Assembly (NCBI GenBank): GCA_964016885.1
Contig: OZ024740.1
Span: forward strand, 250,666,001-250,730,000
DNA length: 64,000 bases
Direction of reading: 5' to 3'
Source: Eledone cirrhosa
Lineage: Eukaryota
The notes beneath the pieces are model-generated. The model was not told where the DNA came from, searched no databases, and was given only the letters and a program-made list of their open reading frames with translations. How positions within the stretch are numbered: the stretch's first letter is position 1; every line of letters starts with the position of its first letter. Positions 27,101 through 41,225 of this stretch are shown here, one piece after another. The translations under genes and the position numbers were made by a program.

Positions 27101-30100
27101 TCTATATATATAAAACTGAGGTTGTCTGTCTGTCTGTCTGTCTACTAAAACGGTCGGGACACATCTCCTCCTAAACCGTACGCTCACATTTCGGTAAAAT
27201 TGTTACACTTATAGATGAAGGTCCGGCGGAGACATCGGTCAAAAGAATTTTCAAATCGATCCACGCCAAGTGCAAAAATCGAATTTGTAATGTATTGATT
27301 TTTCAGTTCAAATGTATAAATAGAGATGAGAGACGAGTTATTTCCCTTTTATGGAACGCGCAGACGATAACAAATTTCCACCACTTGCAGACGATTAAAC
27401 ATTTCGATTCTTGTCAGAATAAGTAGATGCTATAATTGTTGGTTCGATTTGTTTAGTAGCTTCATTTGCACTGTACTACCTTTGTATGCTACAAGGCGTT
27501 AAAAAGTCAGCGACCTCATTACTTGGTAAGTTAAACCTTCCCTATTAAACGTTTGGATTATTTTCAGTTTTCAATTGTTGTTTGATTTTGCTATGGCGTT
27601 GGCGGTTAGGCCTTCTACTTAAATTAATTTTGCGGTCTTATAAGGCTAAATTTACTTTAATTTCCTTTTATCTTGAAGGAAATATGGACGGATTGTTTGT
27701 TTTAGGATTCATGTATATACCGGGGGTAGTGGTGCAAAAGTAAGTATGCAGTTAATTACTATTGACGCATGGCCAGCACAAAAGTTTTGCTCAAACTAAA
27801 ATAGCAAATTCAAGTCAATCTGAGTAATTTCAATCCAAATAAGAAGTCAGATTATTTCCACCATGTCCCATTTTTGTGCATTTCGGCTCGACATACAGGG
27901 CGACCTAAAAACCCTTACTGGCTCTTTAATCAGCTTTAGCTCAGTATCCATGCAAGTGATTTTCACACTTAGACGCTTTTTGCCGTAGCCGTAACTATTT
28001 CGCATCCATTTCTTCAGTAAAATTATAATCGGTTAAGAAATGCACTCAAAATCTGATAAAAAGTTACATAAAAAGAAATCGAGCAATTTTTTAAGCTGCC
28101 ATGTTTTTAATATTCGGCTTCAAGTAACTCCTGATTACCATAACCGATTTTATTGATATATAGATGTGCAATTATGTGCAATTTTGATTTCGTTAAAAAG
28201 TTTAAATTTCCTTTGAATCACTGTTATCACTGAATTAAAACACGTTAAAGAACGGCAGTGCCAAACATTATTGTTTTACCCTGCATGTTCATGTAAAGAT
28301 GACTTTGTAAATAATGCATCTATGACATTTTCTAGGATTTTGGATGCATTTCTCATTAGACGAATTGATTTGCAAAATTGGATGATTCGCAAAACTTATT
28401 TTTTCGCATTGTTTTATATTTAAGATACATTTGTCAGATTTCTTTGTCATATCGTGCTCGCCACCTTAATGCCTAAAAAGAAGATGCCCTTATTACGACT
28501 GACGCGGTCTCAGATAACGAAAAGAAGGAGGCTGACTGAGGCGTCGTCGAGATTTTGACAGCCTCAAATTGTGGGGTGTTCAGTGAATGCGATAGCTCTG
28601 TCTATCGATGAGCATTGTTTGAGTCGACGGGCCAGAAATTCTGCTTCCATTGTATCTTCCCATGCAACTGAGAATGATGACGAGTGTTTATTTCAACGCA
28701 CCAGAAATGCTTCTTCAACTGCATCCTCACATGCTGCAGTGAATAACGAGGAACGTCAAACTCGGCTTGCAACAAATGCAAAGGCAAAGCAACTGCGCGA
28801 GCTGCAGAGAATGATGTTCAACGTAAACTTCGTCAGACCAGAGATGCGGCAGCTACTGCAGCTGCGCGAGAAGCGGAGACAGCAGCTATCCGAGCTATTC
28901 GACTGGGGTGTGTGTTTCAGTATAAAGCCAATAAGCGGGGTATTTCGAGGGCTGCGAAATCACAATGGTCATTGAAGGCTTTCAATTATGTCCCCACTAA
29001 TAATTATGCTACACACCCTTATATTCAAATCGGCGGCATGTCTGAAATTTGCCAGTTTTGCAAAGCCAAAAAGTGGCCAGATGAACCAGCCGGAATGTGT
29101 TGTTCTAATGGTAAGGTCAACTTGCACCCTCCTAGGGATCCACCACAGCCATTGAGGCTTCTTCTTACAGGCACCCATTCACTCTCAAGAGGTTTCCTTC
29201 AAGTATTCGACATTACAATTGTGCCTTCCAAATGACATCTTTTGGATCGAGTTATGAGTATGAAGGTGGATTTATGTCCACTTTCAAAGTTCAAGGTCAG
29301 GTTTATCATCTTATCGGATCGCTGGAGCCTGTAGATAATAAAGAGCCCCAATTTCTTCAGGTCTACTTCATGCCCAACTGTCTTGAACAAGCTACAAGGC
29401 GAAATACATTTGCCTTCCCAAAAGAAAAAACTCAAAACTCAATTGACTGTCAACAAGCAACAAGGAAATACTTAATTGCTTCTGAAACTAGACTGGAGCT
29501 CCATTTTGAACTTCGGGACATGCTTCATACTCATAACAGCTACATTCAGAGCTTCAAATACGCGTTAGAAACAGCTCATATGGACAATTACTATGTCGTC
29601 ATTGATGCTGACAAACGGCCATCTGGAGAACATGCAGGCCGCTATAATTCACCTTCTTTCAATGAGGTTGCAATACTTCTCGCTGGAGATCAGCACAACA
29701 AACGTGACATTGTTATCAAGCATCGCGACCACGGACTTCAACGAATCAGTGAAACACACAGATCATACGACGCACTCCAATACCCGCTGCTTTTTGTATA
29801 TGGAGAGGACGGATATCATTTTGGCATTCCACAATGTAAATCTACTAATGCAGAGGTTCATTCTACCAAAACAGTTTCATGCAAGGACTTCTATGCATTC
29901 CGATTCATGATCCGAGATGACTGTTTTAGTCACCTCCATCGCGCTAAAGACCTTTTCAACCAGTATGCAACTGACATGTGTGCAAAAATGGAATCTGAGA
30001 GATTGTGTTTTATCAAACTCAATCAAAAAAAGTTGTGTTGTGACAGTTACATACACCTTCGTGATGGAATGAACAATGATGCGGATCCTGAGAGTCTTGG

Positions 30101-33100
30101 AAAAGTATACATTCTGCCATCTACCTTCACGAGAAGCCCTCGATATATGCATGAAAGGACTCAGGACGCCATGACAATTGTACGACATTACGGCAGGCCA
30201 GACTTATTTATAACTTTTACTTGTAACCCCAACTGGAAGGAGATTGAGGGCGAACTCCTTCCTGGTCAGAACGCCACACGCCGACATGATCTCACGGCTA
30301 GAGTATTCCGTCTTAAGTTACTTAAGCTTATGGATCTTATCAAATTAGGTGAGGTTTTCGGACCAGTTCAATGTGACATGTACACAATCGAATGTCAAAA
30401 AAGGGGCCTCCCTCATGCTCATATTCTTATTTGGCTGACAACAAAGGTTAGTCCTAACGACATTTACAGGACCATCTCTGCAGAATTACCCGATTCTTCC
30501 ACTGACAAGGACTTGTACATGAAAGTTAGGGCAGATATGGTGCATGGTCCATGTGGGTCTGGCTTTAGAACTGATTTACCATGCGTTACAGGCAATAAAA
30601 GATGCACTAAAAAATTTCTAAGTCAATTTATTCGCGATACTCAGACTGGCAATAATGGCTACCCATTATATAGATGTAGGTGACGTGAAGAGGGAGGTTT
30701 TACGGCAAGGGTTAAGAATGGCGAGGTTGACAACCGATGGATCATTCCCTATTGCCCACTCCTGCTCAGTACTTTCAACGCACACATTAATGTTGAATTC
30801 TGCAGCTCCGTCAAGTACATCAAATACATATGTAAGTATGTTAATAAGGGTTCTGACGCTGCTTCGGTTGGTATACTCAACGAAAACAATAGAGACGAAG
30901 TAACGCAATTCCAAGTAGTAGCGAGGCCTTTTGGCGAATCTTCGGTTTTCCAATACATGATAGGCACCCTTCAATTGTAAAATTAGATGTACACCTAGAA
31001 CACGGTAAACGGATGTACTATACCAACAAAAATGCCGCTGAAATGGCACAGGCCCCAAGGGAGACAACTTTAACTGGATTTTTCAAACTGTGCGAATACG
31101 ATGACTTCGCAAAATCATTGCTGTATCCTCAGCATACTACACATGGAATAAAAAAACACGGAGTCGCAGAAAGACTGGCCAACCAGTTATTGGAGTACTC
31201 GGGATCAAATTCACTAATTGCTTGGGGCGAGTGTATAAGATTCCTCCAAATCAACACGAGTGCTTCTATCTTCGAATGCTACTGCATGAAGTCAAAGGAC
31301 CGACCAGTTTCCAGGACCTCAGAACTTACGGTAATCGTGTTTGGTCTAAATACAGAGATGCCTGTTTGGCTCGTGGAATGCTTCAAGATGACTCACGATG
31401 GGATGTAACCTTGGCGGATATAGCTTCATCACACTCAACTGGAGGCCTACGAGAGCTCTTTGCAAAGCTTCTTCACTTATGTAACATTTGTGATGCCTAC
31501 ACATTATGGTTGAAGTTTCGGAACCAACTGCCTGAGGACTTCCTGCACCAGACTCAACTACTACTTCCTGACATAGAAGTAGATTTCAGTGATGATTTAT
31601 ACAATAAAGGGCTTATAGACATAGAGGACAGGATTTTCCTTATGCCTTGCCAGCATACGGTCTGCCACAAACCCACCGCACTGTTTCTAATAAAATTCCA
31701 ACTCTCATCATCCAAGAAACATCTTATGATGTCGACACTCTAGCTAGATATGTGTTTGAAATGGAACCAAAACTACTTCCTGATGCAATTTGCATACAAC
31801 ACTATCACCGACTATGTATTTCATCGATGGGGTGGTATCTTCTTTCTTGATGCCCCTGGAGGCAGTGGAAAAACCTTTGTTACTAAACTTCTTCTTGCCA
31901 CAGTTAGACAGAATGAAGTTATTGCAATAGCCGTTGCATCATCTGGTATTGCAGCAACAGTACTTCCTGGCGGCAGGACAGCACACGCTACCTTTAAGCT
32001 TCCGCTTAACTTGGTGTCAGCTGAAACACCGCTCTGTGACATCACCAAGGATAGTCCAAGAGCAGAACTGCTACGACGGTGCCAACTGATTGTGTGGGAT
32101 GAATGCACCATGGCTCACAAAGGAGCTATTGAAGCCTTAGATAGAACACTGAAAGACATTAGAGGCCGTCAGGCGGCCATGGGGGGGGGGTGTAACTCTT
32201 TTGCTTTCAGGGGACTTTCGACAAACTTTGCCGGTTATTCCAAAGGGCACCAGAGCGGATCAAGTTCGGGCCTACCTGAAGTCTTCTACGTTGAGGCAAC
32301 AGGTAACAACACTTCGTCTGACCACTAACATGCGTGTTCAACTGCATGGCGATACTGTGTCTGGAATATTTGCTGAAGACCTTCTCATTCTTGGTGAGGG
32401 CAAAGTACTTTCAGGTGTGCATGGAGACATTGCACTCGACAATATATGTTATCTGGTTAGCACTGTCGAAGATCTCAAGGCAGCCGTTTTTCCCAACTTG
32501 GCAGATAATTACCGCAATCATACATGGCTGTGTGAGAGGGCTATATTAGTTCCTACAAATGTCACTGTCTCCGCCATTAATCGCCAAATGCTTGAAAGTC
32601 TTCCTGGAAATGATAAGACTTTTAATTCTATTGATACCAATGTTGATCCACATGAGGTGGTCAATTATCCCATTGAATTCCTCAATTCATTGGATATTCC
32701 CGGTCTACCTCAACATATTTTGTCTCTCAAGGAAGGATGTCCAGTTATACTTCTCAGGAATATAACCCCTCCCAAGCTTTGCAATGGTACACGCCTTGTT
32801 GTCAATAGGGTGTCACAGCACATTATTTATATGTTTTAATACCTACGGTAACTCTTACTACATTAGGAGTGGATGCACCCTATTCTTTTAAAAGAACCCA
32901 ATTTCCCCTTCGTGCTGCCTTTGCTATGTCCATCAACAAGTCCCAGGGTCAGACTTTATCTGTGGCAGGACTTCACCTGGAGGGCCATGTTTTTCACATG
33001 GACAATTCTACGTTGGATGTTCTCGAGTTGGCAGCCGGAACAACCTCTTTGCTTTTGCTCCAAACGGAAAAACAAAGAATATTGTGTACCGTGAGGTTTT

Positions 33101-34080
33101 ATAGTTTTTTTTTTGTTCAAAACGGCAATGTTACACCGACTGCCTTAAATATATAGCATCTACGAAACCTGTATTCAACATCGATGCAGTGCATTCTATT
33201 GACACCTAGGCCTCTAAGGACCAGCATTGCTCGCAATCAAAGCGGACTCTGAAATCGATGCTTTCGATTGTTAAGGACGCCCCTCCAGTCGCTGACAAGT
33301 CAGGCGTTTAATACATAGACACACAAGTTGGCGCATACATACAAAGATTGTTTCCCTAATTTCTTTCATTGTTTCAATATGCATTCCGACCTAGACAACA
33401 CGCAACAACAGCATTTCTGGTGCATCGAAGTAAACTTTCGTCATCATTCTCAACTGCATGTGAAGATGCAATGGAAGCAGCATTTCTGTTTTGTTGATTT
33501 CAGCGATTCTTTTTGGTGAATATGGCTTTTGCTGCAGCTGTCCATTTCACATGCTGTGGCTGTCTATAATCTGCCCGTCAAACTCACCATGGGTATATTT
33601 TGAGCTCTTCATAGTTTATACTTATTACATTGTCAATATGTTTTATTACAGGTGTTTTATTACCTATTACATTGTCAATATGTTTTATCACAGGTGCGAA
33701 CCTCTTTGATGCTACCTGCCCGCTCGACTTCGGATAACGCATTTTTCTTTTGTTTTTCATGTCCATCCAATTTCTTTGTTTCAAAATAACTGATAGTTTG
33801 GTTATGCTGATGTTTTTCTCTGAGACAAGTGTTGCAGTGTTTACACTTTCGATTTTTGTTAATAGATTACCAGTGCAGTTTTTATCACCAGCATCCTCTT
33901 TTTTTTTAACATTCGGGTTATGGTTATGTTTTCTTAACTTCATAATGCATACTGTTCAAAAGAACCACATGAAAGTCTACACTGTAGACTCTACAGTTTT
34001 TAAGCCAAGAAAGGAACTTAACATTGTAACTTTAACACAGCTACTGAGCAGCCCCGAGCAACGCCGGGCTTTACTGCTAG
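27101..34080 (+). mobile_element. Full-length decayed autonomous Helitron
   Basis: 5' end A|TCTATATATA. 3' end is a CCCG..CGGG hairpin plus CTAG|T. It encodes Rep and helicase fragments. Confidence 0.9.
28470..33100 (+). pseudogene. Helitron Rep/Pif1 helicase pseudogene
   Basis: CQFC...CCSNG, YDALQYPL, PDLFITFTCNP, HUH motif QKRGLPHAHIL, Walker A DAPGGSGKT, IVWDE, GDFRQTLPV, FAMSINKSQGQT. Multiple frameshifts. Confidence 0.92.
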
Positions 34081-34171
34081 TATCCAATAAACATAACATG
34101 TACGTAAATTGTAGCGCATATATTAATAGATGTGTGTTTTGGTTGTTTGGGAAGAAAATAAATACACCGCC

Positions 34172-34221
<50 letters not shown>

Positions 34222-34246
34222 GATATGTAAGTATGATGTATATGTG

Positions 34247-34299
<53 letters not shown>

Positions 34300-34304
<5 letters not shown>

Positions 34305-35420
34305 AGGTAAAATATAACGTCCGGGAAAGTGAAACTAATTTTTATGACAAGTGAATGTGTTTGTTTGTTTTTTTTTACACTGAAAATTACGATACAGTTT
34401 GTTTATTTACAACAGGTTTCTATAGTGATATGGTGTTAATTAGTATTGCGTGTGTGATTATTTTCTCATATATATATGTGTGGGTGTGTATATGTGTGTA
34501 TATATATGTGTGTCTGTATGTATATATATATATGTGTGTTTGTATATATATATATGTGTTTGTGTCATCATCATCGTTTAGATGTTTTTGTAATATCTTG
34601 CCAAAGTTGGCACCAACTTTCTGTCCCCCAAAGAAATTAAGGCCGGGTCATAAGAAGGACAGAGAATGATAAAGGATTTGGGTCAGAGGGGCAGCTTGGG
34701 GTCAGAAAGGCAGATAGGCGTCAGCAGGGCTGGGAAATTTTTTATTTTGTTAAACGAAGCACCGAAGGGCTGGATTTTAATACAGTATCACATCAAATAT
34801 GGCTGGACGAGTGGTTGGTCGCGTTAAGTTAGTTGAAGATATTTTGGATACTAATGCTATTGTTGAGCGCTTCGAAACAATATATACGCTGTGTCCGGCG
34901 ATACACGGTGACACGTTATGTATCTTAGAGTGGTTTGCGAGTCGGCGTCTGTTGGCGAACAGTGTGATTTGTCCTCTCTGCAATGAGGCAATTCAAGGTG
35001 GCATTTACCTCCATGATGTTGTTGTGCACCAACGGAACTTTGTCGATCCTGAAGACCCTAATGTGCACACACAACTCATAGAGAACACTTGGAGCCGTGC
35101 GAAGAAAAAGCTCCGTCGACAACATGGGACAAGCGACGATTTATTCCCCTCGTATTTAGCTGAATTTCTTTGGCGGCAGAGAGTTGGTGCCAACAAATTT
35201 GGCGAGATGATCAACTGTATTTCAGCTATTTATACGGTCTAATAAGGATGTTGATAAGGTAAGTATAGGATGTTGATAAGGTAAGTATAATTTTCCGTAC
35301 ACACAATACACAAAAAAAGAAAAAGAAAAAATAATCACACACGCAATACTAAAAAACAAACACATTCACTTGTCATAAAAATTAGTTTCACTTTCCCGGA
35401 CGTTATATTTTACCTATGCC
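34300..35420 (+). mobile_element. Merlin (IS1595/ISXO2-like) DNA transposon, internally deleted
   Basis: ~70-bp TIRs starting GGCATAGGTAAAATATAACG, in a TA-rich site. Contains the transposase remnant below. Confidence 0.88.
34799..35242 (+). pseudogene. In-frame-deleted Merlin transposase (N-terminus fused to C-terminus)
   Basis: ICPLC is joined directly to VVHQRNFVDP...HTQLIENTWSRAK...YLAEFLWR. The first two catalytic Asp regions are missing. Confidence 0.8.
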
Positions 35421-35461
35421 TATATATTAACAAATGGAAACTAAATTTATAAAACCATATT

Positions 35462-35527
35462 TATTTCATTATACATATTTCAAGGGCCACCAAGGCAAAC
35501 TATGGTGCGCTTTCATCAGATAAAATA
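35462..35527 (-). ncRNA. Type I hammerhead ribozyme
   Basis: Minus strand reads TATTTTAT-CTGATGA-AAG..CACCA..TGGTG..CTT-GAAA-TATGTA-TA-ATGAAATA. Confidence 0.82.
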
Positions 35528-36075
35528 TAATATAGGTTAGTTTTATAAATAAATATTGACATACCCTGAAAAAATGCAACCATTCTGGTTGGAATCTCCT
35601 TGATAGTGGAGTTATTAGATTTATTGTTGGTTTATTATGCAAATTAGTATATTTAAATTCAGCCGTTGGAATAGGGAAAAAAAGAATGAGAAAAAAACGA
35701 AAGAAAGAAAGAGAAAAAACCTGAGTTTTTAAGTGAGAGAGAATAGCGTAATTTTGAGAGAAGAGGCGAAGAAATGAATATAGCGTGGATGAATACCGTA
35801 GCATGGGTAAACAATAAATAATAAAGCGTGGATAAATAATAATATCCGGATTCATTATAATGATAAGTTGAAAAATGTTATCTAATGTTTAATTAATAAT
35901 TTTGATTAAATGTTTAATTAATAATTTATCAATTCAATCTGTAGTTTAAATGTGTATGTTAGGTTATTAAAATTGAGACCTATATATTATTAAAGAATAT
36001 ATATTATTAAAATATATATTATTAGAAAATATGTTATTATTACAAAACCATATATAATTTTATTAATTATTAATT

Positions 36076-36245
36076 CAGAACTGGTAGAGTGTCGAACGCC
36101 ATGCTTTCCAGCATAGTTACGTCCCTTTACGATCTGAGTTCAAATCCCGCCGAGGTTGACTTTGCCTTACGGGGTCGATAAAATAAAGTACCAGTAATGC
36201 ACTGAGTAATTGCTGGCCTTGTGCCTAAAGTAGAAACAATTAATT
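36076..36245 (+). mobile_element. tRNA-derived SINE
   Basis: A-box-like CAGAACTGGTAGA, B-box GAGTTCAAATCCC and the family tail. Confidence 0.88.
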
Positions 36246-37321
36246 AATTATTTTAAAATTATAATTCATTTTAAAAATTATAATTCATATTTTATATTGT
36301 ATATTCTATACTTATATATTTTTCAAAATGTTTATATATATATAAAATTTATACTTTAAATATATTCTATAGATATACTCTTATGAAAGAGTTTTTTATG
36401 GTTTATGCTTTAGATATATTCCTATGAAAAAATGTTAGATGTTAAGACGTTATAGCAAACAAATTTATGTTTTAACAGTCATAACTGTATAACAGGTAGA
36501 TTTATAAAATTATAACTTGCTATAAAATAACATAAGATTCATACTCTAATTACATTATTAAGATGGAAAATTTAATTTTTTAACAACTTAACTTTATAGC
36601 ATTTAATCCTTAGAGCTATCTAAATTATTAATAAATCACTAGCAATTTCCTTTACGCTCTACTGCTATTACGAATAAGGGATTATTCTTATATAAACTCT
36701 CGGAATTTCCATGGGCTTAGAAATATTCGGATATTTTAAACTTACAAATTTTTTTAAATAATTAATTAATAATTAATAAAATTATATATGGTTTTGTAAT
36801 AATAATATATATTTTAATAATATATATTCTTTAATAATATATAAGTCTCAATTTTAATAACCTAACATACACATTTAAACTACGGATTGAATTGATAAAT
36901 TATTCATTAAACATTTAATCAAATTTATTAATTAAACATTAGATAAAATTCTTCAACTTATCATTATAATGAATCCGGATATTATTATTTATCCACGCTT
37001 TATTATTTATTGTTTACCCATGCTACGGTATTCATCCACGCTATATTCATTTCTTCGCCTCTTCTCTCAAAATTACGCTATTCTCTCTCACTTAAATATA
37101 CTCAGGTTTTTTCTCTTTCTTTCTTTCGTTTTTTTTCTCTTTCTTTTTTCCCTATTCCAACGGCTGAATTTAAATATACAGTTATTTAAACCTTTCCGGC
37201 ACTAATTTGCATAATAAACCAACAATAAATCTAATAACTCCACTATCAAGGAGATTCCAACCAGAATGGCTGCATTTTTTCAGGGTATGTCAATATTTAT
37301 TTATAAAACTAACCTATATTA

Positions 37322-37373
37322 TATTTTATCTGATGAAAGCCTTGGTGGCCCTTGAAATATGTATAATGAAATA
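37322..37373 (+). ncRNA. Type I hammerhead ribozyme (inverted partner of 35462-35527, shortened stem II)
   Basis: TATTTTAT-CTGATGA-AAGCCTTGGTGGCCCTT-GAAA-TATGTA-TA-ATGAAATA. Confidence 0.8.
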
Positions 37374-37502
37374 AATATGGTTTTATAAAGTTAGTTTCCA
37401 TTTGTTAATATATTGTATATTTACTCCAATAATTTGTTGAGTGCTTTATATCAGTTATAAAAATATTTTGCTTGTTGTATCCCAACAAATTAAATATAAC
37501 CT

Positions 37503-37573
<71 letters not shown>

Positions 37574-38050
37574 TGTGTGTATGTGTGTATGTGTGTGTGT
37601 GTAAGCATATATTTCTTCGCCCTCTCAGTCCCTTTACCTCTAACTCCTCCCATTTATCTGCATGAGTACTTATCCTCTATTTTTATTCTTTTTCATATTT
37701 TGTTGCAACTGGAACACACCCAACAGAATTTGCTGCTACAAATACATAGACACGCACACAAATGTACAGGTACACGCAAGCGCGTATGAATACGTAAATA
37801 TGTGTGAATGCGTTATATATAAATATATATACATGAAAGAGAAAGAGTCAGGGCCCCGACGGCTGAGCTCTTGCCATTTCAACTGCTAGTTCCATACATA
37901 TATACATATATGTATGTATATGATTTTTTTTTATGTAGACGGATATGTTAATGTATATGTATGGTTAGCAGTAAATGCTAACTTTGATAGGTTTCAGCCG
38001 GCGTTGGCCCAGGCCATGTCTAACTTAATAGCACCATATATATATATATG

Positions 38051-38095
<45 letters not shown>

Positions 38096-38437
38096 ACTGT
38101 TGTTCTCTATGTATATCATGTTACAATCATTACCAGTGAAAGATTGCAGAGTGAAACGTTTTTGATTCAGACAGGAAGTTCTGAGCTAACCATTTGTTGG
38201 TATGTTACCTGTACATTCAACAAGAATTATTTGTGTAGGCGGTAGTGGGAGTAATTAGGACTAAAGCTCGTTTATTTTATTGTTGTTTATTTTTGTTTAT
38301 TTATTCATTTGTGTATGCGTGTGTTTTATTGTTTTTAACCCCACCTAGTAATAACCAAAACAACAGCAGAGCAGTCAACACCCTAGCAGCATTCTTACCA
38401 AATAATGCTAGTTGATTGAATAACATCAATAATAATT

Positions 38438-41200
38438 AGTATTTCTTTAATAGCCACTAGGACCTACATAAAGGGGACAATACAATAGACAGGAACAGTG
38501 GGATCTACATATATAACTTGTAAATAATTGTTTCTACTTTTGGCACAAGGCCAGCAATTATTCCAGTGCATTACTGGTACTTTATTTTATCGACCCCGTA
38601 AGGATGAAAGGCAAAGTTAACCTCGGCGGGATTTGAACTCAGAATGACAAGGGCCGTAACTCTATGCGTCAAAGCATGGCGTCCGACTCTCTACCGATAC
38701 TGCCAATCCTGTAAAATAATATAACAAAATAACAAAGCATATGCAAATAACAGAGTTCCCCAATGGGGTGAAGATAACCACACAGAGGCAACTGAGGAAC
38801 CCCACCAATACTTCAAGGGCACTCGGGAGAAGTACCACTCTCCACTTCAAATTAGCCAGCCTACAGGGTCAGAGCAGAATCATTGACACGGACCACTATC
38901 ACTACATTCACCCACCTTTCAGCAAATGTTTTGGCGGGTGGGGAAGCATTTCTCTCTCCATCCTTATCTACCTTTCCAAGTAGAACTTGATAAAGTTGAT
39001 GAGAGATAGGCCGAAGAGAAAACTGTCTGTCTTCAGCCCTTTCAAACTGGTCCACCACACCACCTCTTTCACTACGCCACCAGACAAAGAAAAATTGTCT
39101 GCCCTTCATGACCAAAAGAAGTTCGTTCTATATGCGACATAACTCCATAAGTCAGCAATACTTGGGCACTGAACGAAAGAGTGCAAAACGGTTTCGTTGC
39201 TCTGTGCGCATCTAGGGCAGTTTCGTCTGACAACACTACCGGGCCTATAGAGTATCTCGATCCGGCACTGCTCCCCGGTAGCACTGCGCAGCAAGAGATT
39301 TCTGGAATTTGTCCATAGTCCCTGGCCCGAAAGTCCTCCGGAACAGACTGGCTAGTTCATTCACGTCGACGCCTAGAATCTCCCCGAGAGCGTCGTCGCA
39401 CTTGCCCAGCATTAATCCTCTATAGCACTCTAGAGTCGAAGTTCCACCGACCGCGTTTTGCGCCTAGTAGAGGGCAGTGAGTGCCTGGCAAACATTCCAG
39501 ATGCCAGGCGCCCAGGCTCGGTCTCTTCTTCGCCAAGGAGTTCAGCTCAGTCAAAGAGACGAGCTACGGAAAGGCCCGTCTGACAAACAATGACCACACC
39601 TGTTCACCGTTTAGACAGAATATCTGGAGATGCCGCACCCTCAGCGCATGCCTGAGCATCATTAGCCACGGCATGCCCAGCTCTCCACGTAGAGGGTGCT
39701 GACAGCAGATGGACCGCCTCACCAACGAAACCTGTTCCCTCTGCAAAAAGTGGAAGAGGAGACGCTCTAATTTGGTGAGGCGCGAATGGGGGCAAGGCAC
39801 GACGGTCAGGCGGTAGTAGATGACGGACGCGATGTACGCGTTCGTCACCTCTGCCCGAAATTTCAGGGAAAGTTTCCTCTTGATCCATTTCTGGGTGAGA
39901 CTGGCTACGCCGATCGTTACCTCGTCCCAATTCTTATCCACCTGGAGGTCTGGCCCGAACCAAAATCCGAGCAACTTTACCGGTCCATCCGGCCGTCCAG
40001 CGCCCTACGACGCTTTGGACAGCATGGAGTTGTCTCTCCAGGTGCCGAGCTGCAAGTCCACCGACGTTTCCGGCCTTAGTCTCGCTTCCGTCAGCTTTTC
40101 ATATTCCTTCAAGAGTGATGTCGTCCGCGTATGCGGCCACAGCCATCCCGCGTCCCGATTCAAGCGGGATGGCTGTGGTCGCAACAGCTTCCGCAGTAAA
40201 GGCTCGAGAGTCAATAAGCACAGAATAGAGGGTATCCTTGACGGACAGATCGGGAGATCTGAAATGGTTCCTAAAGTGGCCTTTAACTTTGACCACCGAG
40301 AAGATGCCGCTGTGCATTTGCAGTGATCAGGCCTCTGAAGACAGGACCGAAGCCAGCCGCCTTGAAGACAGACTCCAGGTATTGATGTTCGACTCTATCG
40401 AAAGCTTTCGAATGATCTAAATTGATCAGAGCCCCACCGAAGCCAAGTTTACACCCTACCCTATGATGTATTGCAACAGGTGGAGGTTGTCGTGTATGGA
40501 CCTGGTCGGGATTGCGCAAGATTGCGCCTCCCTACCAAATCCTCAATGACAAGCGCCCAACTTCTTCGTTAGCACCTTGACCAAAATCTTAAACTCTGTT
40601 TTGAGCAGAGTTATGGGTTTGAAATTATCTAAAGTATCCCTCTTGTTCTCATCTTTTCTCATCAGTGTCACTTACAGAACTGGGAATACTCCCGTTTTGC
40701 TGCCAGTTGCAGTAGAGCTCTTCGGGGAGATCGGAGAACAAGTCTGGCATGGCTACGTAAAGCTCGTAGGGCAGACCATCCAAACCAGATGACTTGCGAC
40801 TCCCGCAGCCGACAAGGGCATCCCGAATTTCGCCCGAAGTTATCGACCTTTCGCAGCGCCCAACATCGGCCGTCGAGAGATGTAGCAAGCCGTCGAGGTA
40901 GAGACTGAAGTCCACCACCGTTTCCGACCCACCACTCCCCCTGAACAGCCGGCAAAGTGCGTGGGGTTCAGCTCGCCTCCGTCTCGGCTCGTCAAAAACC
41001 AAATTGTGGTTTTGTTACCACGCTGCGTCTCCACCACTCGGGCCCATCGAATTATCCACTAACCTAATTAGAAACCTATCTAAGTACGCTCTAGATGTCC
41101 CTAAGCGGTTTGTCCCGGTCCACACTGGCGCATTGGGGAAATCTAGTCAGTACATGTCAGACAGTTGGAACTGGCTGAGTAGGTGCTTGAGGCTTTTGCA
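38438..41200 (-). mobile_element. Tx1-like copy E, heavily decayed ORF2 and 3' UTR
   Basis: LDHSKAFDRV, AYADD and WFGPDLQ fragments. Family 3' end near 38442. Confidence 0.88.
38528..38705 (-). mobile_element. Full-length tRNA-derived SINE inserted in the 3' UTR of Tx1 copy E
   Basis: A-box TGGCAGTATCGGTAGA, B-box GAGTTCAAATCCC and the family tail. Confidence 0.9.
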
Positions 41201-41225
41201 CCACACGCGGGCGGTTTTCTGCTAG

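Larger units (their letters stand above)
35423..37500. mobile_element. AT-rich non-coding element with ~650-bp inverted arms, each carrying a hammerhead (PLE pLTR- or retrozyme-like)
   Basis: ~35423-36075 is the reverse complement of ~36763-37412. Confidence 0.8.

Noticed and set aside
34799-35242. Bacterial IS1595 contamination or horizontal transfer
   Set aside because: Long TIRs and internal microsatellites fit the eukaryotic Merlin superfamily.
35469-35855. Duplicated small hydrophobic ORF MNPDIIIYPRF (also 36969-37205)
   Set aside because: A by-product of the inverted repeat. The frames diverge between copies and no domain is recognisable.
38640-38705. tRNA gene
   Set aside because: The A and B boxes belong to a SINE head. 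There is no complete cloverleaf, and the SINE body follows.
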